Shown: piece by piece, positions 13,226 to 27,178 of the stretch | Position numbering within the stretch: position 1 is the first letter of the stretch | How the letters are laid out: every line of letters begins with the position of its first letter | Assembly: GCA_951406725.2 (NCBI GenBank) | Contig: OX597820.1 | Span: 89,094,001-89,158,000, forward strand | Length of the DNA: 64,000 bases | Direction: 5' to 3' | From: Octopus vulgaris | Taxonomy: Eukaryota | Position numbers and translations under genes: made by a program | Notes under the pieces: generated by a model | Database searches by the model: none | Told to the model about the DNA's origin: nothing | Seen by the model: only the letters and a program-made list of their open reading frames with translations

Positions 13226-14110
13226 TTTGGAATAGTTTGACAATTTTTAATTCTAAATCGGATTGATAGAATACACGGTTTGGTTTATACCAAAGGGCCT
13301 GATCTGTTTCTGTTACAAATCTGTGCTTTTAGTGTCTCTCTCTCTCTCTCTCCCTCTCTGTCTTACACATACATATGTAGGAATCTTGTTTGGTTAAGGT
13401 TTTTAATTTGGACGGATGAAGTTGTGGTGTCACTTTGGTGAAGTGGTTAGTATTGCTTTATGGTTCACAGCAGAAACAAGTTTTTATTCCAATAGGTTAT
13501 ATTATACACTTTTTTTCATCAAAAGTATATATATATAGTGTGTGAGTGTGTGTGTATTACAAAACTAAGAGAGTAATCAATTCTAAGTTGCGGAGGTAAT
13601 GCATATGAGTGTTTGAAGTTGAGAAAATCTTTCTATTACTCAGAGTTTATCACAGAAAACTCTGTTAAATTTCCCAATTTAAAAGAGATACGCACACACA
13701 TGTATATATTCATATACATGTGTGTGTATTTATATGTGTGTGTATATGTACGTATGTGTGTATTAGTTTTTTTTTAACTGACAGTGGCTTTTATGTTCTA
13801 TAGTTTGGACAGGAAATAAGAAGCCATGAATGGCTTGGAAAATAGATCAAGCATGTTTTAGATGTTTTAGAAGCTGATTTCTTTAAAGTTTTCTTCTTTG
13901 ATTCTGAAAAAGAATTGGAAAAAAAAAAGTCAATTAATATTTTGTTAATATGTTACATATTCATATTTCTGACATGAATTATTGCAAAAATATTCTCAGA
14001 TTTATATTATTAATCACACTGAAGTTCTAAACTAGTCTGAAGACATTGTGATTGTATATGTGCATGTGTAAATAAATAAATGATTGAATGAATTAATTAA
14101 TGTATGTATG

Positions 14111-14149
<39 letters not shown>

Positions 14150-14572
14150 TCTCTTCTGTTTTTAATTGTTTGACTTCTTCTTCAGAAGGAGCTGGTTTCT
14201 AACAAACATACAAAGCTCCATCCTTGGAAGGTTGATAACAAAAATGTCACATTTTAAACTCGAGGGAAGTCTTGCATATTTTTACTGTTCTACTTACAGG
14301 CTGTCATATATGTGTGTGTGTGTGTGTAAATGAGTGTATGTCTTTGTGTCTACGTTTGTCACCCCCATCACCACTTGACAACTAGTGTTTGTGTGTTTAC
14401 GTCCCAGTAGTCTAGCAGTTTGGCAAAAGAGATTGATAGAATAAGTACTAAGCTTTAAAAAAATAAGTCCTGGGGTTGATTTGTTTGGCTAAAACCATTC
14501 GAGTTGGTGCTCCAGCATGGCTGCAGTCAAATGAATGGAACAAGTAAAAAAATAAAAGAATATATATGGTAT

Positions 14573-14969
14573 AGAGTGGCTGTGTGGTAAGTAGCTTGCT
14601 AACCAACCACATGGTTCCGGGTTCAGTCCCACTGCGTGGCATCTTGGGCAAGTGTCTTCTGCTATAGCCTTGGGTCGACCAATGCCATGTGAGTGGATTT
14701 GGTAGACGGAAACTGAAAGAAGCCTGTTGTATATATGTATATATGTGTATATGTATGTGTGTGTGTGTTTGTGTGTCTGTGTTTGTCCCCCCAGCATTGC
14801 TTGACAACCGATGCTGGTGTGTTTACGTCCCCGTTACTTAGCGGTTCGGCAAAAGAGACCGATAGAATAAGTACTGGGCTTACAAAGAATAAGCCCCGGG
14901 GTCGATTTGCTCGACTGGAGGTGGTGCTCCAGCATGGCCGCAGTCAAATGACTGAAACAAGTAAAAGAG
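14573..14969 (+). mobile_element. SINE family A, young copy (older partial copy at about 14310-14560)
   Basis: gagtggctgtgtggtaagtagcttgc...gactgaaacaagtaaaagag with CpGs largely intact. Confidence 0.88.
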
Positions 14970-14979
14970 GGTATTTCCT

Positions 14980-15380
14980 TGTAATCTCCTGTTCTTGAAT
15001 TGAAAATGCATAACCTTTGAAGAATGTGATGTGATGTAGCAAACACAAGTCCTAGAGAGGCTTCATTTCATGTCAATGTTACTATCTTCTTCAACTCTTC
15101 TGGAAACATTCCTATGCATGGTCCTTTTTTGGCACATTCACGTCTTCTTTGAAGTATGTTAGCCTGCCTGTTTTGAGGTCGTATGAGAGGTCATCAGGAA
15201 AGGAGTGCTTCCTGAGGAGCTCTCTGTTTTCATGAAGGATGTGTTTATTTTTGCTGCTGCTGTTTAGCAAGTGCTGTCTGAGAGAGACTATTCAATATTT
15301 GAAGGCTATCTGCACTGATCCCAAGCCTCAACCTACTTTGTCTCCTCTTAGGTAAAGCCTGTTTGCATCACTATTTCAGT
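14980..15380 (-). mobile_element. R4/Dong-like (REL-type) non-LTR retrotransposon relic
   Basis: Minus-strand SDANRLYLRGDKVG*GLGSVQIAFKY*IVSLRQHLL, cf. the RLYLPR..GGRGL motif downstream of RT. Confidence 0.6.
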
Positions 15381-15619
15381 AAAAGAAAAATGGTAAAGTT
15401 ACCTTTTTCAGTCATGCCATAAGGGCCAGTTTCTAGGTTTCTATGGCACATAAATTCCCCAACTAAATGGGAAGTTGGCCTGTTGCAGGATTACTCATGT
15501 TTGCCAGCTGAGTGAACTGGAGCAATGTGAAATGAAGTGTTTCACTCAAAAACCACATGTCGCTTGGTCCAGGAACTGGACCTGTGACTTCTTTTTGTAG
15601 CTCCAGTGGACCTGTGATT

Positions 15620-15870
15620 TCTTTTTGTAGCCCCCAATGAAAAAAGTCCTTCAAGGAAAATGTTTTGCAGATGCTTAAGAGGTAAAGAAAAATCAATGGA
15701 GGTGTTAAAATGCATCACTTCGCAAGAGTTCCAGGACTGCTTTGAACAGTGGAAAACATATCTGGACTGATGCATCACTTCTAATGGAGAATACTTTGAA
15801 GGTGATAAATGTGTAAACTAAGTGAATAAAATGTTGCAAAAACTCTGGTATCTTTTAGGTACCCCTTCAT
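15620..15870 (+). mobile_element. Mariner transposase C-terminus relic with 3' TIR
   Basis: MKKVLQGKCFADA*EV...QEFQDCFEQWKTYLD*CITSNGEYFEGD, then a TIR-like end ...ggtaccccttca followed by TA. Confidence 0.8.
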
Positions 15871-16626
15871 ATATATATATGTTTGTGGAGGCACGTGGCT
15901 TACTGGTTAGGGTGATCGTAAGATTGTGGTTTCGATTCTTGGACAGGGCGACGCGTTGTTTTCTTGAGCAAAACACTTCATTTCACATTGCTTCAGTCCA
16001 CTCAGCTGGCAAAAATGAGTAACACTGCGATGGACTGGCGTCCCGTCCAGCTGGGGAACATATACGCCACAGAAACCAGGAAACCGGGCCCATGAGCTGT
16101 GCTAGGCTTTAAAAGGGTGCATTTGTTATGTGTATATATATATATATAATAATGGGTACTATGTCCCTTTATTTTCCCGCAATGAACCCCCAGAAACAGC
16201 CACTGGTACCCCATTTTAATTTTAATTTCGCTCCTCATTGTATCTTTTACTTCACTTCCATCACCATTTCAGACATTCTCCATTATTTTTACCTATACAT
16301 GCATGTTTTAACATTTTTATACTTCCATCTGGAGATTTAAAAAAAAATCTATTAATTTACACACATATATTTTTAATACATTTATTTCTTTATAGATCTT
16401 TAAAAAAAAAATGTCTGTGTATTTGTATATTTTTTATTCTATCCTGTACATTTGTCTTTTAAATCCATCTCTAATTGGAGTCATGTTTGCTGATTGAATT
16501 ACCAGGTCTTTTGTTTCTTCACATTACATATTTATATCTTTCGTCTCAAGTTACTCTTGAACACTTCTAAATCTAAACATCTACATTGTGAGAGAATTTC
16601 TAATCAATTTTTCTCTTCAAAACAAT

Positions 16627-16673
<47 letters not shown>

Positions 16674-16799
16674 ATATTATTTATGTATATATACACCGTT
16701 ATATATATATATATACACATACATACACACACACACATATATATATATGATATGTATATTATACATGTATATGTATATATATATATATTTATATATCAT

Positions 16800-18878
16800 C
16801 AACATCATCATCATTAGTTAATGTCTGTTGTCCATGCTGGCATGGGTTAGATGGTTTGACTGGGCTGGCAGGCTGAAAGGTTGCACCAGACTCCAGTCTG
16901 ATTTGTCATGGTTTTCTTCAGCTGGATGCCTTTCCTAATGTCAGCCACTCCGAAAGTGTAAGGGGTGCTTTTACGTGTCACTCGTACTGGTGCCATTTGC
17001 ATGACACCGAGGTGCATTTATGTGCCACTGGCATTGGAGCCTATTTGCGCAATACCTATTTCTTTACGACACCCAAGGGGCTAAACACAGAGAGGACAGA
17101 CAAATGGATTAAGTTGGTTATATCGACCCCAGTGCGTAACTGGTACTTATTTAATCGACCCCGAAAGGATGAAAGGCAAAGTTGACCTCGGCGGAATTTG
17201 AACTCAGAACGTAACGGCAGACGAAATACGGCTACGCATTTCGCCCGGCGTTCTAACGTTCCTGCCAGCTCGCCACCGGTATCTCTGTGCAATACCGGTA
17301 TATTCTACAACTTTGCGCTATACCGGTATCTACTACAACTGCGATTTTGCTTGGCTTGATGGGTCTTCTTCTCATGCACAACATAATACCAAAGATCTTG
17401 GTCATTGCTTCCTTGAAACCCAATGCTTGAAAGGAACTCAGTCACCTCGCTTCCGTAAGGCCCAACACTTGAAAAGAACTCAACCACTTTGCCTCCATGA
17501 GGCCCAACGTTCAAAGGGTGTTCTTTACGTGCCACTAGCATGGGTGTACTTGGACTGATGGGTCCTCTCAAGCACAGCACATTGCCAAAGGTCTTGGTCA
17601 GCAGTCATTGCCTCTGTGAGGCTCAAAGTTCGAAGATCCTGCTTCACCACTTCGTCCCATGTCTTCTTAGGTCTACCTCTACCACAGGTTCCCTCCACAG
17701 TTAGAGAATGGCACTTCTTTACACAGCTGTCCTCGTCCATACACAATACATGACCATACCAGTGCAGTTATCTCTCTTGTACACCACATCTAATGCATCT
17801 TATGCCTAACTTTTCTCTCAAGATGCTTACACTCTGTCAAACATGCACACTGACATTGCACATCCAGCGAAGTATACCATCTTCATTTCTTTCAAGCCTA
17901 TGCATGTCCTTGGCTGTCATAGCCCATGTTTCATTGCCATGTAGCATGGCTGTTTGCACACAGGCATTGTATACTCTGCCTTACACTCTGAAAGAAAGAG
18001 GCCTTTTGTTGCCAGCAGCAGTAAGAGCTCTCTGAACTTTGCTCAGCCTAATCGTGTTCTCATAGCTATGCACTCGGAGCATCCCCCTCCACAACTAACT
18101 TGGTCACCTAGATAACTGAAGCTATCTACTACATCTAGCTTGCTCCCCTTGCAGTTGATGGAGTCTATTTTCTGCACATTTTCAGTGTATATTGTACCTG
18201 TGCACCTTCCACATACAAAAATTAGTTTCCCTGTTAACCTTCTTCTGATGTTGCTGCACCTTTTATGTGTCCAAAGCTTACACTGTGTGCATCTTATTGA
18301 GTTTTTACTTACAACTTTTCTACAGATTGAGCAGGGCCATCTACCTGAAGGATTTGTGATTTGTCTGCCTTCCTACTTACTATGACTTTGGTTTTTGCTA
18401 GGTTAACTTTAAGGCCTTTTAATTCTAGACCTTCCATATCTGGAACTTCTTCTCTAGTTCAGATAGTGATTCAGCTATAAGAGCAAGGCCATCAGCATAG
18501 AGGAGCTTCCAGGGGTAGCCGGTCTTGAATTCCTCTGTTATTGCCTGGAGGACTATGATGAACCAGAGGGGGCTGAGCACCGATCCTTGGTGAACCCCTA
18601 CATGTACTCTGAATTCTTCACTGTACTTATTGCCCACCTTCACCATACTGGTAGCATCCCTGTAAAAGGCTTGTACGGCTCTCACCAACCACTTGTCTGT
18701 CCCCAGTTTCCACATTGACCACCAGATTGTGAGACTCTGTCAAAAGCTTTCTCCAAGTCAACAAAAGCCAAGTACAGAAGTTTTTCTTTGGCTAGGTATT
18801 ACTCCTGCAGTTGCCTTACCAGAAATATAGCATCAGTGGTGCTTCTACCTGGCACAAAACCAAACAGCATCTCATCAT
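16800..18878 (-). mobile_element. 5'-truncated decayed RTE-clade LINE (RT domain to 3' tail)
   Basis: FGFVPGRSTTDAIFLVRQLQE*YLAKEKLLYLAFVDLEKAFDRV, GVHQGSVLSPLWFIIVL..LLYADGL (YADD to YADG), C-terminal GRGRPKKTWDEVV, and an (ATG)n tail at about 16800. Interrupted by a SINE B copy. Confidence 0.9.
17056..17277 (-). mobile_element. SINE family B (tRNA-like head, Nin/Deu-like central domain)
   Basis: Sense ggcgagctggcag...ctgagttcaaattccgccgaggtc.actttgcctttcatcctttcggggtcga.taaataagtacc...aaagaaatag. Confidence 0.85.
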
Positions 18879-19213
18879 AAATATATATATATCATCATCA
18901 TCATCATCGTTTAGCATCCGCTTTCCATGCTAGCATGGGTTGCACGGTTCGACTGGGGTCTGGGAAGCCAGAAGGCTGCACCAGGCCCTGTCTGATCTGG
19001 CAATGTTTCTACGGCTGGATGCCCTTCCTAATGCCAACCACTCCGTGAGTGTAGTGGGTGCTTTTTACATGCCAGACGAAGCTGGCAAACGGCCACGATC
19101 GGATAGTGCTTTTTATGTGCCACCGACATGGAGGCCAGGCGAGGCTGGCAATGGCCACGATCGGATGGTGCTTTTCACATGCCACCGGCATGGAGGCCAG
19201 TCGGGGCGACGCT

Positions 19214-19628
19214 AGGCGTGGGAGTGGCTGTTTGGTAAGTAGCTTGCGTACCAACCACATTGTTCCAGCTTCAGTTCCACTGCATGGCACCTTGGGCAAG
19301 TGTCTATTACTATAGCCTCAGGCCAACCAAGGCCTTGTGAGTGGACTTGGTAGATGGAAACTCAAAGAAGCCCATCGTATATATATGTATATATATATGT
19401 GTGTGTGTGTGTATGTTTGTGTGTCTATGTTTGTCCCCTAGCATTGCTTGACAACCGAAGCTGGTGCGTTTATGTCACTGTCACTTAGCAGTTCGGCAAA
19501 AGAGACTGATAGAATAAGTACAGGGCTTACAAAAATAAGTCCCAGGGTCGATTTGCTCGACTAAAGGCGGTGCTCCAGCATGGCTGCAGTCAAATGACTG
19601 AAACAAGTAAAAGAGTAAAGAGCAAAGA
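19214..19628 (+). mobile_element. SINE family A
   Basis: Head, core and aagagtaaagagcaaagag tail are all present. Confidence 0.85.
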
Positions 19629-20184
19629 GTATATATATATTTTTTATAAATATGTATATAATGCATGTATATTATACACACACACACACACACACATATA
19701 CATATATACATACACACTCACACACACAGGCATACATACCATAAACTACACAACAAAGAAAATAATCAAATTTAAGATTTCAAAACCATTTTTTTTTTAT
19801 TATTCAAGAGGTTATAAATATGAAACAATACGAATGTGGGAAAAACAGCTGAAGATATTTTAGATACAGATTTATAATTTTTTTAATGTATTTTGCGATA
19901 CAGTTATATCAGCTATATGTATCTCGGTTGTGTTCACAAATATTTTTGTTGAAATTCATTTCATTTCATTCTACATTTTAGAAATGTGGAATAATAATGA
20001 GGAAACATTCGATATCTTTTGGCTGATCTTGTCATAACAAAATATTTTTCATACTCCATGAATTTCATTATAAAGGAATTTCACACACACACACACATTT
20101 TTATAGTTATTATATATTTATATCTATGTATCTCTGTATCAATCTATCTATTTATCTGTCCATCAACTATCATCATCATCATCA

Positions 20185-20216
<32 letters not shown>

Positions 20217-20575
20217 GTTATCATCATCATCATCATCATTATCATCATCTTTCTTATTATTGAGTGAGAGAGCAGTGCATGCCATCAAAGTGACACTGGG
20301 GTAAAATATACAAAGCCCAGTATACCCATCATGACTTTCCATCTGATAAGGGTACACCAGACACATGCATCACAACTATATGCGTGCAACGTGCATCTCA
20401 TACCGAGATAAACAATATGTGACCTTGCAGGTGGGGCCCAGTTAGAATTTTCTTCTGGTTGAGTAGCCCATCTCGCTCAAAAGGTCCTTGAATAAGAGTT
20501 GTTTAAGGCTGTAGAGTTACATACATACATACATACATATATATATATATATACATTGAAGTTTGTTTTTATGTT

Positions 20576-20786
20576 TACTCTTTTACTCTTTTACTTGTTT
20601 CAGTCATTTGACTGCGGCCATGCTGGAGCACCGCCTTTAATCGAGCAACTCGACCCCGGGACTTATTCTTTTGTAAGCCCAGTACTTATTCTATCGGTCT
20701 CTTTTGCCGAACCGCTAAGTAACGGGAACATAAACACACCAGCATTGGTTGTCAAGCAATGCTAGGGGACAAACACAGACACACAA

Positions 20787-20830
<44 letters not shown>

Positions 20831-20993
20831 GACGGGCTTCTTTCAGTTTCCGTCTACCAAATCCACTCACAAGGCTTTGGTCGGCCTGAGGCTATAGTAG
20901 AAGACACTTGCCCAAGGTGCCATGCAGTGGGACTGAACCCGGAACCATGTGGCTGGTAGACAAGCTACTTACCACACAGCCACTCCTGCGCCT
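20576..20993 (-). mobile_element. SINE family A, young copy
   Basis: Near-consensus reverse complement with an internal (TA)n. Confidence 0.88.
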
Positions 20994-21217
20994 ATAGTTA
21001 TAATAGAAACAATTTTGCATTAATCTGATGGGTTCCTCTATATCTTTGTAGAGTACATACTCATTATTCTTAAACAAGACTATTATTGACAGTGATTTTG
21101 AAGTCTCATGCAGCTCAGCCAATGTTGGATATACAAAGGCCTAAAATAATATATTATACAGATGTGTATATGTATATGTAGATGTGTATGCATGTGTGTG
21201 TATGTATATGAGTGTAA

Positions 21218-21259
<42 letters not shown>

Positions 21260-21570
21260 ACATGTGTGAAGTTATTATTTCTGCTTTTTGCATGAAATCA
21301 TCTGAGTAAAAACACGGTTTTGCTGCCTTTGATTTTCCTGAATTATCATGAAGCTTTGCACTCCCAAAGTAACAGAATACAAAAAGAAAAAAGAAAGGGT
21401 TGGTGACAGGAAATGCATTCAACCATAAAATACCACCTCAAACAAGTACCCTTCCAACCTATGCCAGTATAATAAATAAGGAAGTAAAACAGATGAATGA
21501 ATGAATTTATAAGCACACATCTCTTCTACCACAAAGACACTCTTTAAAGACTGATAGATTTCTGACTTAA

Positions 21571-21791
21571 CCCTTTAGTGTTTAAACCGGCCATATCTGG
21601 CCCAGATATTCTACATGTTTTATATTCAAACTGGCCATATCCAGCCTCTTACACCTAACCTACATTGACATTCAAAAAAATAGACAATCACATCATTGAA
21701 ACCTCAAAGATATAACATAATGCATGATTAATTCAAAACAATTTGAGTGAAAAAGTATTACATTTAACAGAGTAATGTGAACACTAAAGGG
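21571..21791. mobile_element. piggyBac-type MITE, 221 bp
   Basis: TTAA on both sides; TIR ccctttagtgtt / aacactaaaggg. A second copy lies in the opposite orientation at 34678-34898. Confidence 0.85.
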
Positions 21792-21911
21792 TTAAACAGA
21801 ATAATAAGCAACTCCTTGCGAGTAAATAAATCCATGATTTCTTCTAGATGCCTGCACATGCAAACATTCTCCATGCCTATAAATTTAGAAAAACAAATTG
21901 AATATCTACAA

Positions 21912-22209
21912 CAGGGGTTCTCAAACATTTACTATTAATGGACCCCTTTGGCTACTGTTTTGTTTTGGTGGATCCCATACCCATTTGATGTTTAAAAAAA
22001 CTTGTTTTATAGAAACTTCTTTCACAATACCTGTTTTGTTATTCACACATTAACTTGTGTAGCTTGAACTATATAAAACATCAGAGAAAGAAACCAAGCT
22101 CTTTCTTGCAATACACACCAATACATACATCTAAAGCAAAATTTTTTCAGGGGCCGTAAAAATACTATTATGGATATTGTGTTATGGGGACCCCAGTTGA
22201 GAACCAATG
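21912..22209. mobile_element. hAT-type MITE with perfect 8-bp TSD
   Basis: TIR caggggttctcaa / ttgagaaccaatg; TSD atctacaa at 21904-21911 and 22210-22217. Confidence 0.85.
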
Positions 22210-23179
22210 ATCTACAATTTTCTGACAAACTGAAGCACCTCCAAAATTCAGAACACTTTCCAGAACTGATAACAAATGCAGAAGATAAGCGATTGATGTA
22301 TTAATAAACTGATCTACTATGAAAGCTATAAGCTCATTTATCACTACATATTAAATATAATGAATTTATAACTGGTAAAGATATACACCTGTCATAAGCA
22401 AACTGTAGCCTGTGGGACTTTCTGAATTGTATGTCTAACAAAAAATTACCTTTAATTTTTGTTAGTAGTATGGCCCACCTAATGATCAGCTATCTCTCAT
22501 GTGGCCTACTTCTTGAGAAAGGTAGCCCATACCTGGTATGCACTTTCTATTCATGGTGTCTTTGTACACACCTGAGTTAACAACAGAAAGTAGTTTGACT
22601 TCAGAGCTTCTAAATCTTTTTCTGAATTTATGACAAAGAAAATTTATGATCAAAGAATAAACAAAATCATAAGTTAATTTTCACATGGATAAGTAAAACT
22701 AGTTTTAGAGTTGAAAAATATTTCCAGAATAAAAATGAAGAAAACTCTTACCTTCCTTGTTTTATGAGTCATATTTTGTTATACAACAAACAATATTATG
22801 TATGAATAACAATTTTTGAGATACCCAAACATTAAATAGAGTAAAGCCTAAAATAGTATTTTTAAACATCTGCCACACATCCAGGTACCTCTCGCAGTAT
22901 GCCTAGATACTGCAAGTGAAGCAGCTAAATACTGTCCACAGCACATGGATTGTGAACTACTCAAATGTAGTGGCTCACTCTACTAGAAATAGTAGTTAAA
23001 TTCTTTCAAATCACACCCTGCAGTTATAAAAAATAGCAGGCCACATTGAACAATGAGTGCTACTTTAGTGTGCAGTCTATGGCTGTAACTTGGGTTAGGG
23101 TTAGGGTTAGATTGCACATAAAAGTGTAAATGGCCAGGTAGACAGTATACTAAAGTGGCATTGAACAAGGTAATGAATT

Positions 23180-23385
23180 CTTTTCTTTTACTTGTTTCAG
23201 TCATTTGACTGTGGCCATGCTGGAGCACCGCCTTTAGTCAAACAACTCGACCCCCAGGACTTATTCTCTGGAAGCCTAGTACTTATTCTATCGGTCTCTT
23301 TTGCCAAACTGCCAAGTTACGGGGAAGTAAACACACCAACATCGGTTATCAAGCGATGTTGGGGGGGACAAACACAGACACACAA

Positions 23386-23416
<31 letters not shown>

Positions 23417-23586
23417 TATATATGACAGGCGTCTTACAGTTTCCATCTATCAAATCCACTCACAAGGCTTTGGTCAGCCTGAGGCTATAGTAGAAGACAC
23501 TTGCCCAAGGTGCCATGCAGTGGGAATGAACCCGGAACCATGTGGTTGGTAAGCAAGCTACTTACCACACAGTCACTCCTGCACCT
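23180..23586 (-). mobile_element. SINE family A
   Basis: Reverse-complement family match. Confidence 0.85.
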
Positions 23587-24779
23587 ATGCTATAAGAAAA
23601 ATCAGAATAGTCATTCAGGGTTTATTTGGGACTAAACAACAGTAGTGGTGACAACGACAGCAACAACCCAAGCAAACAATGGACCTTCTACATGGTCATT
23701 TTATCCACTAGAAATAACAGTAAAATTTCCATCTTAAAAAAAAAATCTTAACTGAAATTACATTTGGTCATGTAGTTATAAGATACACAATGTTTGAGTA
23801 GAAATTAAACAGAGTGCTCATAACTGGAGCGCCTTTGATTATAGGTCATCGGGAGCAGGGTTCACATGGGGATAGACAGTAGCAGCAGCAATGACAATAA
23901 CAACAACAACGACCACAACAGAAAATTACAATACCAAAAGCTGCTGTAGCAACATGAGAAAATCAAGTTACAACAACAACAACAACAACAACACAAACAG
24001 CTACAGTAACATCAACAACAACATTTAGTAGAATATCAACTGAAACAACAACAGCTGCAGCAGCATTTTCTCTCTTTGGCAATATGAAATTCAAATAAAA
24101 CTACAATATATCATGGCTCGAGAAAATGATGTCTGCTCTTCCCATTCAGTCAGTTTCCAGGTTGTGTGACATATTGTCGTTGTCATGTAGACACACCCTC
24201 TCTTAAACTGCCTTTCTCATGCCTTCTCTTCATCCCTTTTCTTTCACACCCTTTTCTTTCTATTTCCAATAATACGCATGCACACACACACACACACATG
24301 CATACACACACGCACACATACATACACATACATAGATTCTTACATAAACATTAACATCTTTCAAACATATACATACATCTATCCCACTTTCACACATACA
24401 CATACATACATATACCCAGGCCTATTCCCTATTTTTTTTAGGAAGGAGTACCCACAGCAAAACACACATCAGGCATTCCATTCATTTTTCAACTCAAAGA
24501 GGTGAGCCCAATCTTATGCTCGGGTCAAAGCATAGAATGCAACCCCCAGTGTCTACAGTGGGCCCCACCCCCGACAACATATGCTGGTTTACTCATGCCA
24601 CATCATGCTGGTTCCATGCCCCTTTGAACAACATCAAATCTACTCATCCGTCCACAAACACTTTCCAAGCTTTCCTATCATTTATAAACCCTCTTGAATC
24701 TCTCACTCCAACACCTCTAACCATCAAAGCTTTCCTTATTCCATCCATCCACACACACACACATATCTAGCATACACAT

Positions 24780-24938
24780 AGGCATAGGAGTGGCTGTGTG
24801 GTAAGAAGCTTGCTTCCCAACCACATGGTTCCAGGTTCAGTCTCACTGTGTAGCATATCGGGCAAGTGTCTTCTACTATAGCTTCGGGCTGACTAAAACT
24901 TTGTGAGCAGATTTGACAGACGGAAATTGAAAGATAAC

Positions 24939-25003
<65 letters not shown>

Positions 25004-25180
25004 TTATGTGTGTGTTTTTGTGTCTGTGTTTTTCCCTCCACCATTGCTTGACAACTGATGTGGATGTGTTTGTCCTCATAACTTAGTGGTTCAGCAAAAT
25101 AGACAGATAGAATAAAAAGACCTCTTAAGGCAGTGCTCCAGCATGGCTGAAGTCAAATGACTGAAACACGTAAAAGAATA
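24780..25180 (+). mobile_element. SINE family A, diverged
   Basis: aggcataggagtggctgtgtggtaagaag...gactgaaacacgtaaaaga. Confidence 0.8.
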
Positions 25181-25394
25181 TAAGAACATCCCCAACCCCA
25201 CACAAATATCAGAAATATTCTTTTAATACAGTCATTCACTGGGCTGTGGTCATGCTGGGGCACTGCTTTTATCATTTACTTGTTTCAGTCCTTAGATGCA
25301 TCATAGGAATGGTACATTCAGAACTTGCTGAAGCCCCATTTTGGTATGTCTAAGACTGACATAAGTTTCCAAGTCCAAACCCAATTCAGGTAGT

Positions 25395-26160
25395 TAGTTC
25401 TTTCTGTGCCATGAAGCCCATAAGGCCACAACACAATCACCCCAACCAACTCAGTTTTCTACCGCTGTTTTGGTTTTATTCCATCTTCTCCATCCTTCTT
25501 GACCACTATCTTATTTCTTTATTGCCCACAAAGGGGCTAAACACAGAGGAGACAAACAAAGACAGACAAATAGATTAAGTCAATTATATCGACCCCAGTG
25601 CATAACTGGGATTTATTTAATCAACCCCGAAAGATGAAAGGCAAAGTTAACACCGGTGGAATTTGAACTCAGAACTTAGCGGCAGACAAAATACCACTAA
25701 GCATTTCACCTGGCATGCTAACATTTCTGCCAGTTCGCCGCCACTATCTTGACCACTATCTTTGTCAATGGTTCTTTGCCGTGTGGTTTTAGGGTGTCCT
25801 GCTGCTCTTTCCCCTTCAGGCCGTCACTTTAGTGCTGCCATACAATTGCTTTCTCGATCTTGTCTGAGGATATGCCCGATTCAGTTCCAGCATCTACGTC
25901 TTATTTTTTCACTGATCCTGTCGATGCCTATTGTTGTCTCATTCGTGTCCTTTTGGACTCTTTGCAACCACTTGATGTCAAGTATTCTCCTTAAACATAT
26001 GAATTGGAAGCTGTCCATCGTTTTTTCCTTCTATTTTTGTCACTTTTCAATTTTCACATAAATAGAGTAATATTGGGTGGGCCAATGTCTTGAAAAACTT
26101 CAGCTTTATACCTTTGCTTCTCCATATCTTTGTTAGACTTGTACAATGCTCTCCAGGCAT
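25395..26160 (-). mobile_element. RTE-clade LINE 3' relic (with SINE B inserted at about 25511-25742)
   Basis: IRRRCWNWIGHILRQD...AALK*RPEGERAAGHPKTTRQRT and terminal VGWGDCVVALWASWHRKN*. Confidence 0.7.
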
Positions 26161-26310
26161 ATACATATTGGTTTCAAATTATGGCACAAGGCCAGCAGGT
26201 TTGGGGGAAGAGTAAGTTGATTAAATCAACTTTAGTGTTCAACTGGTACTTATTTTATTGACCCCCGAAAGGATGAAAGGCAAAGTTGACCTTAGCAGAA
26301 TTTGAATTCA

Positions 26311-26541
26311 GGTGGTGAGCTGGCAGAAACGTTAGCACGCCGGGTGAAATGCTTAGCGGTATTTCGTCTGTCACTATGTTCTGAGTACAAATTCCGCCGA
26401 GGTCGACTTTGCCTTTCATCCATTCGGGGTCGATTAAATAAGTACCAGTTATGCACTGGGGTCAATATAATCGACTTAATCCATTTGTCTGTCCTTGTTT
26501 GTCCCCTCTGTGTGTAGCCCGTTGTGGGCAGTAAAGAAATA
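26311..26541 (+). mobile_element. SINE family B inserted antisense into an older SINE B
   Basis: Full head-to-tail copy flanked by the TSD agaatttgaattca. Confidence 0.85.
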
Positions 26542-26946
26542 AGAATTTGAATTCAGGATGTAAAGACAGATGAAATGCTGTTAAACATTTCGACCAGTGT
26601 GCTAATAATTCTACCTTTATATACCTATAGTATACCTATTATATACATATAATAATTCACTGCCTTTCCAGCACTCCTCACATATTCATAGATAAGATGC
26701 CTGAAGACTTCTCACTGTCTGTCTTTCTTTCTCCAAGTTCTATGCCTACAAGTGTCAGACTTCATGAACCTAGCATCAGACTTCATGGAAACTTCAGGTC
26801 AAAGTTCGAAGATATATGATTTTTATTGGGATATATATATATATATATATATAGATAGATAGATAGGTAGATATAGCAGTGGTTTCCCTATTGCTTTCTG
26901 CTGGTTTATTCTTAGTATGCACTTGTAGTTTTCTGCTCTTTGAATC

Positions 26947-27178
26947 TTATTTTTTTACTGCCCACAAGGGGCTACATACAGAGGGGACAAACAAAGACAG
27001 AACAACAGATTAAGCTGATTATATCCACATCAGTGTATAACTGGTACTTATTTAATCTACCCCGAAAGGATGAAAGGCAAAGTCAACCTCGGCGGAATTT
27101 GAACTCAGAATGTAGTGGCAGATGAAATGCCGTTAAGCATTTTCGCCCGGCATGCAAACGTTTCTGCCAGCTCGCCAT
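26947..27178 (-). mobile_element. SINE family B
   Basis: Family match with flanking duplication ctctttgaatctt. Confidence 0.8.

Noticed and set aside
23091-23110. Telomeric TTAGGG repeats
   Set aside because: There are only about three units, interstitial; this is not a telomere or fusion site.
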